A DNA stretch of 64,000 bases from assembly GCA_038214505.1 (NCBI GenBank), contig JBBQRT010000008.1, positions 805-64,804 on the forward strand, in the 5' to 3' direction. The notes under the pieces are model-generated. The model saw only the letters and a list, made by a program, of their open reading frames with translations. It had not been told where the DNA came from and made no database searches. Source of the DNA: Phycisphaerales bacterium (GTDB lineage: Bacteria > Planctomycetota > Phycisphaerae > Phycisphaerales > UBA1924). Numbering within the stretch: position 1 is the stretch's first letter; the number at the start of each line of letters is the position of its first letter. Of this stretch, positions 55,960 to 64,000 are shown piece by piece. The position numbers and the translations under genes were made by a program.

Positions 55960-56034
55960 CGGTCAGCGTTGTAGACGGCCCGGGCGGCAAGAGCAACCGG
56001 GCGCGGGAACCGGGCCCGCCGCGTATCCTCAGGC

Positions 56035-56670
56035 ATGTCCCCCTGGCGGTCGCTCTTTATCACCGTACACCTCTCGGCCCTTGGCATCTGGCTGGGCGTC
56101 ACGGCGGGCGTGGCCGCCACGGCGGCGATCGCGTTCCCCACGGCCCGCGACCTTGGGGTGCGCGTGCTCGATCTGCCCGAAGCCGCGGCGATGCAGCACC
56201 GGTTCGTCGCCGGCGCGATCGCCGAGCGGGTGTTCCTCTTCGGCGACACGGTCGGCTTCGGCTGCGCGATGCTGGCGGCCGTTTCGATGGGTGCGCTCCT
56301 GGCGATGGGGGCCTGGTCGCCCCGGCGGATCGGAACGATCGTGCGGGCGCTCTCGCTAGGCGTTGCCCTCGCCGCGTTCGCGTCGCTCCTGCTCATCGTG
56401 ACGCCCGGGATCAACGCCGCCAGCAAGCGGCACCTGGCCGCCGCGCGGGCGGGCGATGTCGCCGCGGCAGGCACGCACGCCGAGGCGGTCGACGACCTGC
56501 ACCCGCTCGCGAGTCGGCTGATCGCGGCCCAGGCCGCCGGTGTCTTCGTCGCGCTGGTCGGAGGTCTCTGGTCCGTCTCGCGGCGGGCGGGGCCCGACGG
56601 GGACCCCGCGGCGATCGCGATGCCGGCCCGGTTGCCGGCTCCGGCGCTGCTCAAGGGCCGCCGCCTATGA
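56035..56670 (+). CDS. Hypothetical integral membrane protein (4 predicted TM helices; DUF4149-like?)
   Basis: Track ORF. Hydrophobic helices LFITVHLSALGIWLGVTAGVAATAAIAF, VGFGCAMLAAVSMGALLAM, LSLGVALAAFASLLLIV, AAGVFVALVGGLW. ATGA overlap with nth. Confidence 0.6.
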   Translation: MSPWRSLFITVHLSALGIWLGVTAGVAATAAIAFPTARDLGVRVLDLPEAAAMQHRFVAGAIAERVFLFGDTVGFGCAMLAAVSMGALLAMGAWSPRRIGTIVRALSLGVALAAFASLLLIVTPGINAASKRHLAAARAGDVAAAGTHAEAVDDLHPLASRLIAAQAAGVFVALVGGLWSVSRRAGPDGDPAAIAMPARLPAPALLKGRRL

Positions 56671-57446
56671 CCGCGCCTCGCCCGCGGTTCGCCAAGCGTG
56701 TGTACGACGACATCCCGATGGACCTGCCCCGCGTCTCGCCCGCCGAGAAGGCCCGTGCGCTGCGTCTGGCCGACGCGCTGGGAGCCGAGTACCCTGACGC
56801 ACGGTGCGAGCTGGAGTTCACCTCGCCGCACGAGCTGCTGGTCGCCACGATTCTTTCGGCCCAGGCGACGGACGTGGGCGTCAACAAGGCGACGCCGGCG
56901 CTGTTCGCCCGGTTCCCGGGTCCGGTCGACTATTGCCGGGCGACCCCGGCCGACATCGAGCCATTTATCCGCACCATCGGCCTGTTCCGCAACAAGGCCA
57001 GGGCCGTTTACGAAGCGATGAAGAACGTCCACGAGCGGTACGCCGATCGGGTTCCGAGCACGATGGCCGAGCTCCTGACGCTCCGCGGCGTGGCGAGGAA
57101 GACGGCCAACGTCGTCCTTGGCAACGCGTACGCGATCAACGTCGGGTTCGTCGTCGATACCCACATCGATCGGCTGAGCAAGCGGTTCTCGCTCGTGCCC
57201 GCGTCTGCGAACGTCGCGCAGATCGAGAAGCGGCTCATGGCTCTTTTTCCGCGGGAGCGCTGGTGCGACCTCTCGCACCAGATCATCTGGCATGGCCGGC
57301 GGGCCTGCAAGGCCCGCGGCGTGCTCTGCTCCGAGCACCAGATTTGCGGCGAGTTCGGCACCGGCTGCGAGTGCAGGAACCTCGGCGGCAAGCGCCCGCG
57401 GGCCGAGTGGGCCCGGAAGCTCGCGGAGCGCCGCGGCGAGTCCTGA
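56667..57446 (+). CDS. nth: Endonuclease III (DNA glycosylase/AP lyase)
   Basis: SPHELLVATILSAQATDVGVN, helix-hairpin-helix LLTLRGVARKTANVVLGNA, catalytic VDTHIDRLSKR, C-terminal Cys cluster CKARGVLCSEHQICGEFGTGC. Confidence 0.93.
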   Translation: MTAPRPRFAKRVYDDIPMDLPRVSPAEKARALRLADALGAEYPDARCELEFTSPHELLVATILSAQATDVGVNKATPALFARFPGPVDYCRATPADIEPFIRTIGLFRNKARAVYEAMKNVHERYADRVPSTMAELLTLRGVARKTANVVLGNAYAINVGFVVDTHIDRLSKRFSLVPASANVAQIEKRLMALFPRERWCDLSHQIIWHGRRACKARGVLCSEHQICGEFGTGCECRNLGGKRPRAEWARKLAERRGES

Positions 57447-57697
57447 GACCGCCTTGGCCGCCGCAGCGGATGCGGGACGCCGTCAGGAACTGCAAGACTT
57501 CGTTGACGCCCATCGCACCCGAGGGGTCGGAGTTGGCGACTTAGACGGGTGATGCCGATTCGCACGCAGGCGTGTGCTCGCGAAGTGTCTGAACGGCGAG
57601 AGAGCTCGGCCGCAAGCGGAGTGTGGAACGTCCGGAGGCACGAGATCAAGCGCAGATCCGTGTGAGCCGTGGGTATTGGTCGAGGCGCAGCAGTTCG

Positions 57698-57811
57698 TGA
57701 TACGAATCGACGTTGAACCTCGGACGAGACTTCCAGAGTTGAGCGAAGCAGATTAACCCGCCGGGGACCGGCGGGGTACCCACGACGCCCGAGTTTCACC
57801 GCCGATTCGTA
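57698..57811 (-). repeat. Copy 3 (reverse orientation) of the ~110-nt nested-inverted-repeat element
   Basis: Perfect 9-nt terminal inverted repeats tacgaatcg (57701-57709) / cgattcgta (57803-57811). Core hairpin cccgccgg-gga-ccggcggg at 57757-57775. The reverse complement aligns end-to-end with 6011-6123. Confidence 0.7.
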
Positions 57812-57877
57812 CGAGTTGGAGGTTGACGTCGTCGATGAGCAGGGCGACGCCGCGATCCCCGTGTCGGCACGGCGCGC

Positions 57878-59137
57878 TCATGCCCGGCGGCTGAAGCTCG
57901 GCGACACCCGCTGCCCCGCGTCGCTCCGCTTCGGGTCGTAGGGGGCAGAATCAAACTCGAACGTCGGCCGGCTCAGGCGCGACGGCCGCCGCAGCGCGAC
58001 AGAGAGCACCAGGCCCGTCATGACCCAGTTGGTCACCAGGCTCGTTCCGCCGTAGGAGACGAACGGCAGCGTGATACCGATGATCGGGAGCAGCCCCAGG
58101 GCCATCGCCGCGTTGATGAACGCCTGGGCGAACAGCATCGCCATGCAGCCGACAACCACGAGCTGTCCGAACGCGTCTTTAGACGTGGCCGCCGTGAGAT
58201 ACGCGCCCGCGAACCACAGCGCGTAGAGGAAGAACATCGCGAGCCCACCGATCAGCCCGAACCGCGTGAGCACGACGGCGATGATCATGTCGTTGTGCCG
58301 CTCGGGCAACGCGTTGTACTTGTGCAGGGCCCGGGCCTTGGCGTCGCTCACGCCCGCCAACTGCCCGGCCCCCGCGAGGGCCTGGCTCCGCAGGCTCTGG
58401 AACATGATCCCCTCGGCACCGACCGTCGGGTCTTGGTACGACCGCACCAGTCCCTCGATCCGAGCCTTCTGGTGCGGCTTGAGCATCGGATACGCCACCG
58501 GCGCGCCGAGCATCGCGATGAGGATGACCAGGATCAGGTGCTTCATCTTCGCGCCGGCGACCAGCAGCATCGCTAGCAGTGCCGGCGCGAAGTTCAGCGC
58601 CATGCCCAGGTCCGGCTGCCTGGCGATCAGGAGCATCGGAACGCCCGCGATCACCGCCGGCGGGATGAGCCCCGCCCAGGTGCGATGGTTGGACCGGAAC
58701 CGCAGATACTCCGAGAGCGCCAGGATCACGGCGATCTTCGCCAGCTCCCCGGGCTGAAAGTCAATGAACCCGAGGTCGATCCACGCCCGGGCCCCGTTCC
58801 GCGGCCGCACGACCGAAGAGGGCACCCACGGGATGAGCAGGAACACCAGGAGCCCGACGCACACCGCCAGCAGCGGCCAGGTCAGCAGTCGCAAAAACTT
58901 GAAGTGCGGCGCTGCGACCGCCAGCATCGCGACCAGCGCGACGCCGAGGTATGCCCCCTGCGTCCGCACCAGCCCCGTGATGTTGATCAGCCCACGCTCC
59001 GGAGCATCGTTCTGCCCCACGTCGATCGCGTAGAGCCCGAGCACCGAGAGCACCAGGCCCGCGGCGACGCACAGCCACGCCGGGTTGATGAGCGTCAGGT
59101 CCGAGCCGATCAGCCGCCGCAGTCCGCCCTCACGCAC
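57878..59137 (-). CDS. rodA: Rod shape-determining protein RodA (FtsW/RodA/SpoVE family peptidoglycan polymerase)
   Basis: GTG start 3 nt after the mrdA stop. About 10 TM helices. QPGELAKIAVILALSEYL, DLGMAL, PERHNDMIIAV, LGLLPIIGITLPFVSYGGTSL. Confidence 0.9.
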   Translation of the reverse strand: MREGGLRRLIGSDLTLINPAWLCVAAGLVLSVLGLYAIDVGQNDAPERGLINITGLVRTQGAYLGVALVAMLAVAAPHFKFLRLLTWPLLAVCVGLLVFLLIPWVPSSVVRPRNGARAWIDLGFIDFQPGELAKIAVILALSEYLRFRSNHRTWAGLIPPAVIAGVPMLLIARQPDLGMALNFAPALLAMLLVAGAKMKHLILVILIAMLGAPVAYPMLKPHQKARIEGLVRSYQDPTVGAEGIMFQSLRSQALAGAGQLAGVSDAKARALHKYNALPERHNDMIIAVVLTRFGLIGGLAMFFLYALWFAGAYLTAATSKDAFGQLVVVGCMAMLFAQAFINAAMALGLLPIIGITLPFVSYGGTSLVTNWVMTGLVLSVALRRPSRLSRPTFEFDSAPYDPKRSDAGQRVSPSFSRRA

Positions 59138-59140
59138 GCC

Positions 59141-61552
59141 TCACCGCCCCTCTTGGTTCGCGGCCCCGGCGCGCGAGGCCGGGGCTTGATCCGGCAGGTA
59201 GCCCTCGGCGATGAGTGCGTGGACGACCTGGTTGGCGATCGGCCCGGCCACCCGACCGCCCGAGCCGCCGTGATCGACCACCACGGCGATCGAGTATCGC
59301 GGCGTCCCGTTGGTTCCCGCCAGGAGCACGCACCAGGCGTGGTCGCCGTCGTACTCCTCTGTGCCCCCCGACAGGTCGAGGTCGGCGCGGAACGGGTTGG
59401 TGTCCGCCGTGCCACTCTTGGCCCAGATGTCGATTCCAGGCGCGTTGAAGACGCGTTCCTTGATCCGTCGCCCGTCGGGCAGGTCGTAGTTGATTGTGTA
59501 TGTCGTCCCGTGGTCCTCGTTGGCCGACTTCCGCAGCCCCTTCAGGGCCTCGTCTACCGCGAGCTTCGGGAACCCCAGGCTCACCGAGACGGGCTCGGCG
59601 TCCTCGTAGATCCGGGGGAACACCAGCTCTCCGCCGCGTCCGAGCGCCGCGTACGCCGCGGCGGCCTGCAGGGGCGTCCAGGCCACGGGTCCCTGCCCGA
59701 TTCCCATGAGGATCGCCTCGTTGAGCTCGGCCCTGTCGGGGTTGATGACGCTCCCCCGGGTCTCGATGGCGAAGCGTCGGCGGTTGAGCTCGGCCTTGCG
59801 AGCCGCGGGCTCTGTCGGCAGCGCCGGCAGACCGTAGAGGTTGAACGCGGTGGCGTCGCCGCCGACGCCGAGCGAGGTGTAGAGCTCGTGCATGCCCCGA
59901 GTGCCCAGCCGCCGACCCATCTCGAAGAAGAAGATATTGCACGAGACGCCGATCGCCTCGGCGGCGGTGAGGTCGTGGCCGAGCTGGCCCGAGTGGGTCT
60001 GCTGCCCCTTGGTGAGCTTGTAGATCCAGCAGCGGTACAGCAGCGGCATGCCGGGGAAGAAGTGCCCGGTGCAGCGGATCCGCTCGTCGAGGTCGAGCCG
60101 ACCGGCCGCCGCGGCGGCGCACATGACCAGGGGCTTGACGACCGAGCCGGGAGTGTAGATCCGCGCCACTGTTCGATCGGTGTACGCCAGGTTGTACTCG
60201 TCGGTGGGGATGCTCTTGGCGTCACCGTCGAGCTGCTCGTAGGTGAACGTCGGCACGCTCACCATCGAGAGCACCTCGCCGGTCGCAACGTCCATCACCA
60301 CCACCGCACCATTGAGGGCCGTCCCCGGCGGCAGTTCCTTGACCGGCGGCGGCTCGTCGTCGGCCCGCTTGGGCTTCTGCCAGGTCTGCACGACCGCAAG
60401 CCCGAGCGCCGGATCAAATAATGCCTGCACGCGGGCCTGCAGCATCGCGTCGATCGTCAGCCGGACATCGCCCCCGGGCGTCGCGGGCGTCCGCTCCACC
60501 TCGCCGGTGTCCAGGTGCTTGACCTCCACGCCGCGGAGCCCGCGCAGGGCGTCCTCTTGCGCCAGCTCGACCCCACCCTGCCCGACGGCATCGCCGGTGC
60601 GATAGTGCCCGGGATCGACCGTTCCATCGGGTCGCAGCCGCGGCCGCCGGTCCAGGTCCTCCCGCTCGATCCGCGGCCGCAACCACCCGATCGCGTGGAC
60701 CGCCACGCCCTTGGCCCGAACGGTGACAAACCTCTCGCTCTCTCCATCGCGTCGCAGCGGCACGGGGAACGTGGACAGGTCCACCCCGACGTCCACCTCG
60801 CTGAGCGGATACTCCCGCCGCATCGAGTCCCGCACGCGCAGGCCCGGCATGATCGGAAGTGCCCGCGAGCCGGCGCGGTCGGCGTCGGGCGTCCCCACCG
60901 CCCCGCGGAGCGTGTCGAGCGCGAAGCCAACCTTGTCGGGCACGTTCCGCAGGACCACGTGCGCGCTGGTCTCTTCGGCGATCTGTGTCCGCACCTCGGC
61001 GCTGCGCACCTCCGCGTCCGAGACGCCCCTGGCACGGGCCCTCTCCTCTAGCCGGGTTCGCTCGCGCTCCCGATATCGGGCCGCGAGATACTCGACCTGT
61101 TGCCGGATCTCGGCCGTCCGCCGCGCGATCTCCTCCTGGCTCACGCCCGCCACGGCGCACAGCGTCTTCCATCCCTCCCTCAGGTGCGCCTCCATCTGCG
61201 GCACCTGCTCGTCGGTCGCGCGGCGTCGGTCCTCGCGCGACATCTGCGACCAGCGGTACCCCGCCGCGCGGCGGGCACGCTCGCGAGCCGCCTCCTGCAC
61301 CCACTCGCCGGTGATCACCGAGTAGTCGACGGCGATATCGAAGCTCGCCCGGTCCATCGCCAGGACACGCCCCTTGGCGTCGACGATCCGGCCGCGGACC
61401 GTCTCGAGCCAGCTCTCGCTGACCAGCCGCTTCTCCGCGTCTGCCCGCAGTTCTTCGCCGCGTGCCAGCGTCAGCCTCGCCATCTGCAGCACGGGCAACA
61501 GCCCTCCCGCGGCCATGGCCAGGCTCACCAGCAGCAATCGCCGCTGGTACAT
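59141..61552 (-). CDS. mrdA: Penicillin-binding protein 2 (elongasome transpeptidase) with enlarged N-terminal domain
   Basis: Track ORF starts at TTG 61621; ATG 61550-61552 (MYQRRLLLVSLAMAAGGLL) chosen. RGRIVDAKGRVLA, GAVVVMDVATGEVL, TPGSVVKP (SxxK), VSCNIFF (SxN), AKSGTAD (KSG). Confidence 0.9.
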   Translation of the reverse strand: MYQRRLLLVSLAMAAGGLLPVLQMARLTLARGEELRADAEKRLVSESWLETVRGRIVDAKGRVLAMDRASFDIAVDYSVITGEWVQEAARERARRAAGYRWSQMSREDRRRATDEQVPQMEAHLREGWKTLCAVAGVSQEEIARRTAEIRQQVEYLAARYRERERTRLEERARARGVSDAEVRSAEVRTQIAEETSAHVVLRNVPDKVGFALDTLRGAVGTPDADRAGSRALPIMPGLRVRDSMRREYPLSEVDVGVDLSTFPVPLRRDGESERFVTVRAKGVAVHAIGWLRPRIEREDLDRRPRLRPDGTVDPGHYRTGDAVGQGGVELAQEDALRGLRGVEVKHLDTGEVERTPATPGGDVRLTIDAMLQARVQALFDPALGLAVVQTWQKPKRADDEPPPVKELPPGTALNGAVVVMDVATGEVLSMVSVPTFTYEQLDGDAKSIPTDEYNLAYTDRTVARIYTPGSVVKPLVMCAAAAAGRLDLDERIRCTGHFFPGMPLLYRCWIYKLTKGQQTHSGQLGHDLTAAEAIGVSCNIFFFEMGRRLGTRGMHELYTSLGVGGDATAFNLYGLPALPTEPAARKAELNRRRFAIETRGSVINPDRAELNEAILMGIGQGPVAWTPLQAAAAYAALGRGGELVFPRIYEDAEPVSVSLGFPKLAVDEALKGLRKSANEDHGTTYTINYDLPDGRRIKERVFNAPGIDIWAKSGTADTNPFRADLDLSGGTEEYDGDHAWCVLLAGTNGTPRYSIAVVVDHGGSGGRVAGPIANQVVHALIAEGYLPDQAPASRAGAANQEGR

Positions 61553-61671
61553 GCTCGGGATGAGTGTGCGGAGCTTGGGCACGCGGTTCTTGGATCGACG
61601 CGGAGAGCCATCTAGCGCCAAAGGTTATCGGGTGTGGCGGGCTGGCCGCTCCGCGATCGTCCTTCCCTCGC

Positions 61672-62619
61672 TCAGTGCGTCGCCCGCCGGACCGGCTGGA
61701 GCTGCGTCGAGTCCTTTACGCCCAGATTCTGGTAGATCTCCCGCGTCGCCGTCGAGCGGTTGAGGGTGTAGAAGTGGATCCCCCGGACGTTGTGGTCCAG
61801 AAGGTCGCGGCACTGCTCCGTCGCCCAGTGGATCCCGACCCGTCGAACGCCCTCGGCGTCTCCGCTGGCGCGGTTGATGGAACGGAGCAGGGGTGCGGGA
61901 AACCGGGTTCCCGCCGCCATGTCGGCCATCCGCATCATGCCCGAGGCGGAGGTGATGGGCATGATTCCAGCGACGATCGGCACCCGGATCCCGGCCAGGC
62001 CGCAGCGGTCGCGGAAGTCGTAAAAGTCGTCGTTGCTGAAGAACAGCTGCGTGACGATGTAATCGGCCCCGGCGTCGACCTTGGCCTTGAGGAAGTCCAT
62101 TTCCTTCACGCGGTTGGGCGTTCCGGGGTGACCCTCGGGATAGCCGGCGACGCCGATGCCGAAGCCGCGCTCGTCGGGGTGGCCCGCGGCGCGGGCGTTC
62201 TGGTCGTTGAAAGCCTTGACGTAGCCCGCGAGCCCGCAGGCGTTCTGAAACGCGTCTTGGGCCCGGTCGTACCCCGGCCGTTCCTTGGGCACGTCGCCGC
62301 CGAGCGCCAGCACGTTGCCGATTCCGGCCTGGGCATACCGCTCGAGGATCGCGCGGACCTCGGGCTCGGAATGGCACACGCAGGTCAGGTGCGGCACCGG
62401 GTCCAAGACACCCCGCTGCTTGAGCCGGACGACCAGCTCGTGGGTCAGATCGCGCGTCGAACCGCCGGCCCCGTAGGTGATCGATACAAAGCTCGGCTTC
62501 AGCGGCTCGAGCTCGGTGATGGCGGCGAACAACTGGTCCGCCGCGTCGGGGGTTTTGGGGGGAAAGAACTCGAACGAGAACGTCGTTGAGTACCGGTCAA
62601 AGAGGTCGCGGGCGTGCAT
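61672..62619 (-). CDS. metF: Methylenetetrahydrofolate reductase
   Basis: Start ATG 62617-62619. FSFEFFPPKT...SFVSITYGAGGSTR..T...V....G....PHLTCV...NVLALGGD.P...GVAGYPEGHP...DYIVTQLFF. The track ORF extends to 62730. Confidence 0.93.
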   Translation of the reverse strand: MHARDLFDRYSTTFSFEFFPPKTPDAADQLFAAITELEPLKPSFVSITYGAGGSTRDLTHELVVRLKQRGVLDPVPHLTCVCHSEPEVRAILERYAQAGIGNVLALGGDVPKERPGYDRAQDAFQNACGLAGYVKAFNDQNARAAGHPDERGFGIGVAGYPEGHPGTPNRVKEMDFLKAKVDAGADYIVTQLFFSNDDFYDFRDRCGLAGIRVPIVAGIMPITSASGMMRMADMAAGTRFPAPLLRSINRASGDAEGVRRVGIHWATEQCRDLLDHNVRGIHFYTLNRSTATREIYQNLGVKDSTQLQPVRRATH

Positions 62620-62773
62620 GGAGGTGGGGGGCTTGCCGGGGCGGGGATCGGGCGAGAAACCGGATCGGCGAAATGGGCCTAGCGGTCCACACCGATGCGG
62701 AGAAGAAGGCCCTGGACTATACCCGTTCATCCGGATAGACGGATGAAGAGGGGCGAGGCTGCGGTGACGGGAT

Positions 62774-63292
62774 TTACTCGCCCGAGCCGCTGTTGCCGCC
62801 GCGGCTTTGCAGGCGGCGGACCTGTTCGAGCGTCCGATCGAGCTGCTTTTTGAGCAGGCGGACCCGCATCAGCGACCGGACGCGGGTGATGAGTTCGAGC
62901 TTGTTGACCGGCTTGGTCAGAAAGTCGTCGGCCCCGGAATCGACGATGGCCCGCTCGACGTCGGAGATCTCGTTCAGGGCCGTCACCATGATGATGGGGA
63001 TATCGCGGGTCGCCGGGTCGGCCTTGAGCTTGGAGCAGACCTGATACCCGCTCATTTTGGGCATCATGACGTCGAGAAGGATGAGATCCGGCTGACGCTT
63101 CTCGACCTCTGCAAGCGCTTCCATGCCATCTCGGGCGAGGGCGATGGAGCTGTCTGTCGCCTCCAGATACGCCTGAAGCAGCTCTAGATTCTGCAGGTTG
63201 TCGTCGACGATCAGCACATGCGTGTCGCTCTCGGGTGGGAGGTTTTCGGCGACGGGGGAGGGCTGGGGAGAATGCGGGGCCGGGGGGGTCAT
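62774..63292 (-). CDS. Single-domain response regulator (receiver domain)
   Basis: Start ATG 63290-63292. VLIVDDNLQNLELLQAYLE...PDLILLDVMMPKMSGYQVCSKLK...IPIIMVTAL...GADDFLTKPVNKLEL. No output domain. Confidence 0.88.
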   Translation of the reverse strand: MTPPAPHSPQPSPVAENLPPESDTHVLIVDDNLQNLELLQAYLEATDSSIALARDGMEALAEVEKRQPDLILLDVMMPKMSGYQVCSKLKADPATRDIPIIMVTALNEISDVERAIVDSGADDFLTKPVNKLELITRVRSLMRVRLLKKQLDRTLEQVRRLQSRGGNSGSGE

Positions 63293-63530
63293 GGGGGCAC
63301 CTTTCACCGGACAATCGTTCGGGCTGACTGCGGACAAAAACCTGCGGCCTATGGTACTCAACCGGATCAAGTCGCTTGGCATTGCTCGACTTGGAGGCAG
63401 TCTTCCCCTGCTTTCGGGCCCTGCTTCCGGGCCCGGCTTCCGGGATTCGGCCAAGGCCGCCGATGACTGCTTCTTGACCATACGCCCACGGGCTGGCGAG
63501 CCCAGGGCCGAAAGGGAAAGCGCAACATCC

Positions 63531-64000
63531 ATGGCGCTCAGCGAGCTTCGAACAGCTTGGAACGACAAGTTTTCACGGCCCGACGCCCAGGCGCTTCGGC
63601 TGCTATATGTCAAACCGGTCCAGACCGTCCTTGACGAGGCCCGCGCGGCGCTCACTGAGTTGCCCGGGATCCAGGAATCACTGGATTGGCAGGGCGTTCC
63701 CTGGCGCTGGACGTTCGTCTATCGCGGAACGGGCGATTTGGCGGAGCATGCTCTGCCGCTGGTCAGCGGGCCGACGCCGATCGCGACCCCCAGCGGCCTG
63801 GGGCTTTTGCGGGCGTTCGCGTATGTGATCCCCGATCCGAGTCGCCTGCAGATCTGTGTGCCCTTGACGGGGCCGCAGATCGAGGCGATGCCGATGAAGA
63901 GGATGAAGAAGCCGGTGCGCGACGGGATCGCCCATGCGCGGTCGGTCGCGGGGGTATGGTGGCCGACGTGGGACGTTTCGAGCCAGGGGGCGGCGGAAGA
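63531..64000 (+). CDS. Hypothetical protein, 5' part only (runs off the window)
   Basis: Own translation from ATG 63531: MALSELRTAWNDKFSRPDAQALRLLYVKPVQTVLDEARAALTELPGIQESLDWQGVPWRWTFVYRG... It is open to the window end. Not in the track because no stop is present. GC3 bias is moderate. Confidence 0.45.
   Translation, partial: MALSELRTAWNDKFSRPDAQALRLLYVKPVQTVLDEARAALTELPGIQESLDWQGVPWRWTFVYRGTGDLAEHALPLVSGPTPIATPSGLGLLRAFAYVIPDPSRLQICVPLTGPQIEAMPMKRMKKPVRDGIAHARSVAGVWWPTWDVSSQGAAE

Noticed and set aside
52538-55996. 1152-aa ORF on the minus strand
   Set aside because: It is antisense to dnaG and rpoD, both of which have unmistakable motifs. The translation is Arg/Gly/Pro-rich. Only the separate frame 55093-55959 was kept, as a weak CDS.

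Overview
The window is very GC-rich (about 68-70% by eye) and densely coding. The sequence looks chromosomal and most likely comes from a Planctomycetota/Phycisphaerae-like bacterium. That placement is an inference from GC-type dockerin-like C-termini, many Pro/Gly-rich secreted proteins and heavy use of ATGA start/stop overlaps. About 55 protein genes can be supported. Most are housekeeping: ndk, pyrH, icd, purE/purK, speB, clpX, dnaG-rpoD, nth, rodA-mrdA, metF, folE2, rtcB and csrA. There is also one tRNA-Arg(CCG). I found no rRNA, CRISPR array, transposase, integrase or prophage genes.

Many long ORFs in the track are antisense or out-of-frame artefacts of the high GC content, for example 42692..48187(+) and 52538..55996(-). 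They were rejected using third-position GC and the recognisable proteins on the other strand.

The items most worth a second look are:
1. An 8.7-kb, five-gene, translationally coupled operon (10931-19667). It encodes a VWA-domain membrane protein plus four large proteins with no assignable function, one with an N-terminal J-like (HPE) domain.
2. A roughly 110-nt element with nested inverted repeats, present three times (about 6011-6123, 33788-33900 and 57698-57811). Its stems are conserved or compensated between copies, so it is a candidate structured RNA or MITE-like repeat.
3. A yybP-ykoY-type Mn2+ riboswitch candidate (about 26415-26550) in front of the first of three tandem TerC-family genes. 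The third of these is fused to a PGPGW-like domain.
4. A decaying GH13 alpha-amylase gene with an in-frame TAG and a frameshifted dockerin remnant.
5. Two tandem paralogous lipoproteins with a TRASH/YHS-like Cys motif, one of them His-rich.
6. A well-supported + strand gene (34066) that has no stop codon until it has read about 800 nt antisense through a convergent gene.

I cannot demonstrate a genuinely new system from sequence alone. The five-gene operon and the repeat family are the best candidates. All family assignments come from motif recognition by eye, not from database searches.
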